Source of the DNA: Glycera tridactyla
Lineage: Eukaryota
Direction of reading: 5' to 3'
NCBI GenBank assembly: GCA_965644265.1
Contig: OZ286459.1
Coordinates: 59,644,001 to 59,708,000, forward strand
DNA length: 64,000 nt
Below the pieces are notes generated by a model, which made no database searches, was not told the DNA's origin, and worked only from the letters and a program-made list of their open reading frames with translations. The position numbers and the translations under genes were made by a program. Below, piece by piece: positions 62,301 through 64,000 of this stretch. How positions within the stretch are numbered: the first letter of the stretch is position 1; each line of letters begins with the position of its first letter.

Positions 62301-62778
62301 ACATATAGCTGGTGGCAAGATGGTAGATACCAAGATTGCATCAATGGGGCACTGGGGCATTTCTCATATTCTGTTGGGTGTGCACTCACTTTGTGGGACA
62401 ACAAGGGGCCACATATATTAAGTGAAATCATTTTGAGAGATTATATGAAGAAAGGCCCCCCCCCCCCTCCCCCCTTCATATGCTTCCAATTCTGGAAAAC
62501 ATGGATGCAATCCTTCATATATATGGATCTGTACTAGCATCCATGCCTGCATTTCAATCAACTGAGACCTGAGAATAAGATATGATGATGATCCTATGTA
62601 AAGATAGGCTTCAGAGAGCCAGACTTGCAGCTCCTGTGAAAGACAATGAAAGGATTGAATTATTCAGACTGAACAGGTCTGCCATGTTACAGGATTAGAT
62701 GAGAGAAGGTAGGAATCCCATGGTAGATCTGGACATGTGGCAGTCCTGGCCAGATGAATTTGACTGAGAGATTGCCTC

Positions 62779-62921
62779 NNNNNNNNNNNNNNNNNNNNNN
62801 NNNNNNNNNNNNNNNNNNNNNNNNNNNNNNNNNNNNNNNNNNNNNNNNNNNNNNNNNNNNNNNNNNNNNNNNNNNNNNNNNNNNNNNNNNNNNNNNNNNN
62901 NNNNNNNNNNNNNNNNNNNNN
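62779..62921. other. Assembly gap (N run)
   Basis: 143 N. Confidence 1.
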
Positions 62922-64000
62922 ATCCAATATCAAGTGTACTCTCAATCTTAAGCATGGGTGAGCTTCATCAAGGGTCTTCAGCCGGGTTTCAATGCAATGC
63001 AAAGACAATGGGATCACAAAGCATGTATTTGTTAAGGAGACAGGTATGTTGAAGCATATCAGGTGCAATCCTTGGTGATGGGATGAACAAAAACTGCAGC
63101 AAGCTGTGATGGAACATTCCTAGAACCAGATGCACCTAGCACAGCCAATCACAGCTCAGCACACTGTATGCTGTGGATCTCACATTCATCCAGCAGTTAG
63201 AGTGTGATTACATGTAGAGCTGGACGTTTACTGCGTTAATGTTAGGGTCAATTCCGCATTAAAAAAAGTCTGTTTCTGCATTTTTCCATTTTATCCTTGA
63301 AATTCCACTTACTCTTCAAAAGCTTACTTCCAACTCATTTCTCATTGCACTTTCTTCCACCTTACATCAATTAACACCATTCCTGACATCACTGAAGATG
63401 GCCCTGATCCATTATATCAGTTATGGCGATCTTTTCTGTGATTACAATGATTAGAGCTGAGCGTTCCCTGCATCAATTAGGGTCAATCCTGTATTGGAAA
63501 AGCCGATTTCTGAATTTGTCCATTCAATCTGGAAAATTCCATTGAATCCCTGAAATCTCTTGTTTCAACTCATTTTTCATCATACCATCCGTATTTCAAT
63601 GGTATTGCACTATGACCAGTAAGATTTGTTGTCGTTCACACTACCCATCACAGTCTGATCCTTGTTTATTCAGAATAAAATGTAATTCCCATGATATTAA
63701 TGGTGGATCAGGCGATATTTCGCCAAATAAACATATAATAAGAGACACAAGGTGCGACTTAATTGTACCATATCCCCTACAACCCGCCTGGATTGCGAGT
63801 TTTTCGTCTATATCATGTTCTGGACACGTGATGCTCGCCAGGTAAAGGGTATTCGTACCATATTCCCTTCAACCCCAGTCTGTCTTGCAATTTGTCCCTT
63901 CATGTTTGAGCACAGCGATCTCTGAGGGAATAAGGTATATCGTCAGAGACGACAAGATGGCAACCACAAGAAAAATAGACGTTTGTAACATGGTATTCCT

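Noticed and set aside
60814-63068. ORFs spanning runs of X
   Set aside because: Artefacts of translating through N gaps.

Overview
Eukaryotic (animal, most likely invertebrate) AT-rich, repeat-dense genomic DNA; no prokaryotic features, CRISPR arrays or recognisable rRNA/tRNA genes. The main gene is an EB1/MAPRE family microtubule plus-end tracker on the + strand (CDS 19229-50162, 7 coding exons per transcript, 274 aa, ending in EEY), with a CpG-rich promoter candidate at about 17.4-17.95 kb. The best finding is that the third coding exon, which encodes the microtubule-binding face of the CH domain, is present twice (3a 24844-24950 and 3b 28833-28939). Both are 107 nt, phase 1 to 0, 22/35 aa identical, and including both shifts the frame, so they look mutually exclusive. 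A 12-bp RNA stem flanks 3a, a weaker competing partner lies after 3b, and a dense Muscleblind-type YGCY cluster follows 3b. The last intron (11 kb) holds an antisense CR1-group LINE (ORF1 plus EN-RT ORF2). The LINE is interrupted by an intact-ORF Sailor/DD82E IS630-Tc1-mariner transposon (TA TSD) and by a 1.67-kb non-autonomous TIR element. Elsewhere there are many TA-TSD MITEs, hAT-like and Helentron-like non-autonomous elements, a hAT zinc-finger relic, and the terminal coding exon of an unidentified convergent gene (60151-60543, - strand). Two N gaps lie near the right end. All calls were made by eye; no alignment or database search was run.
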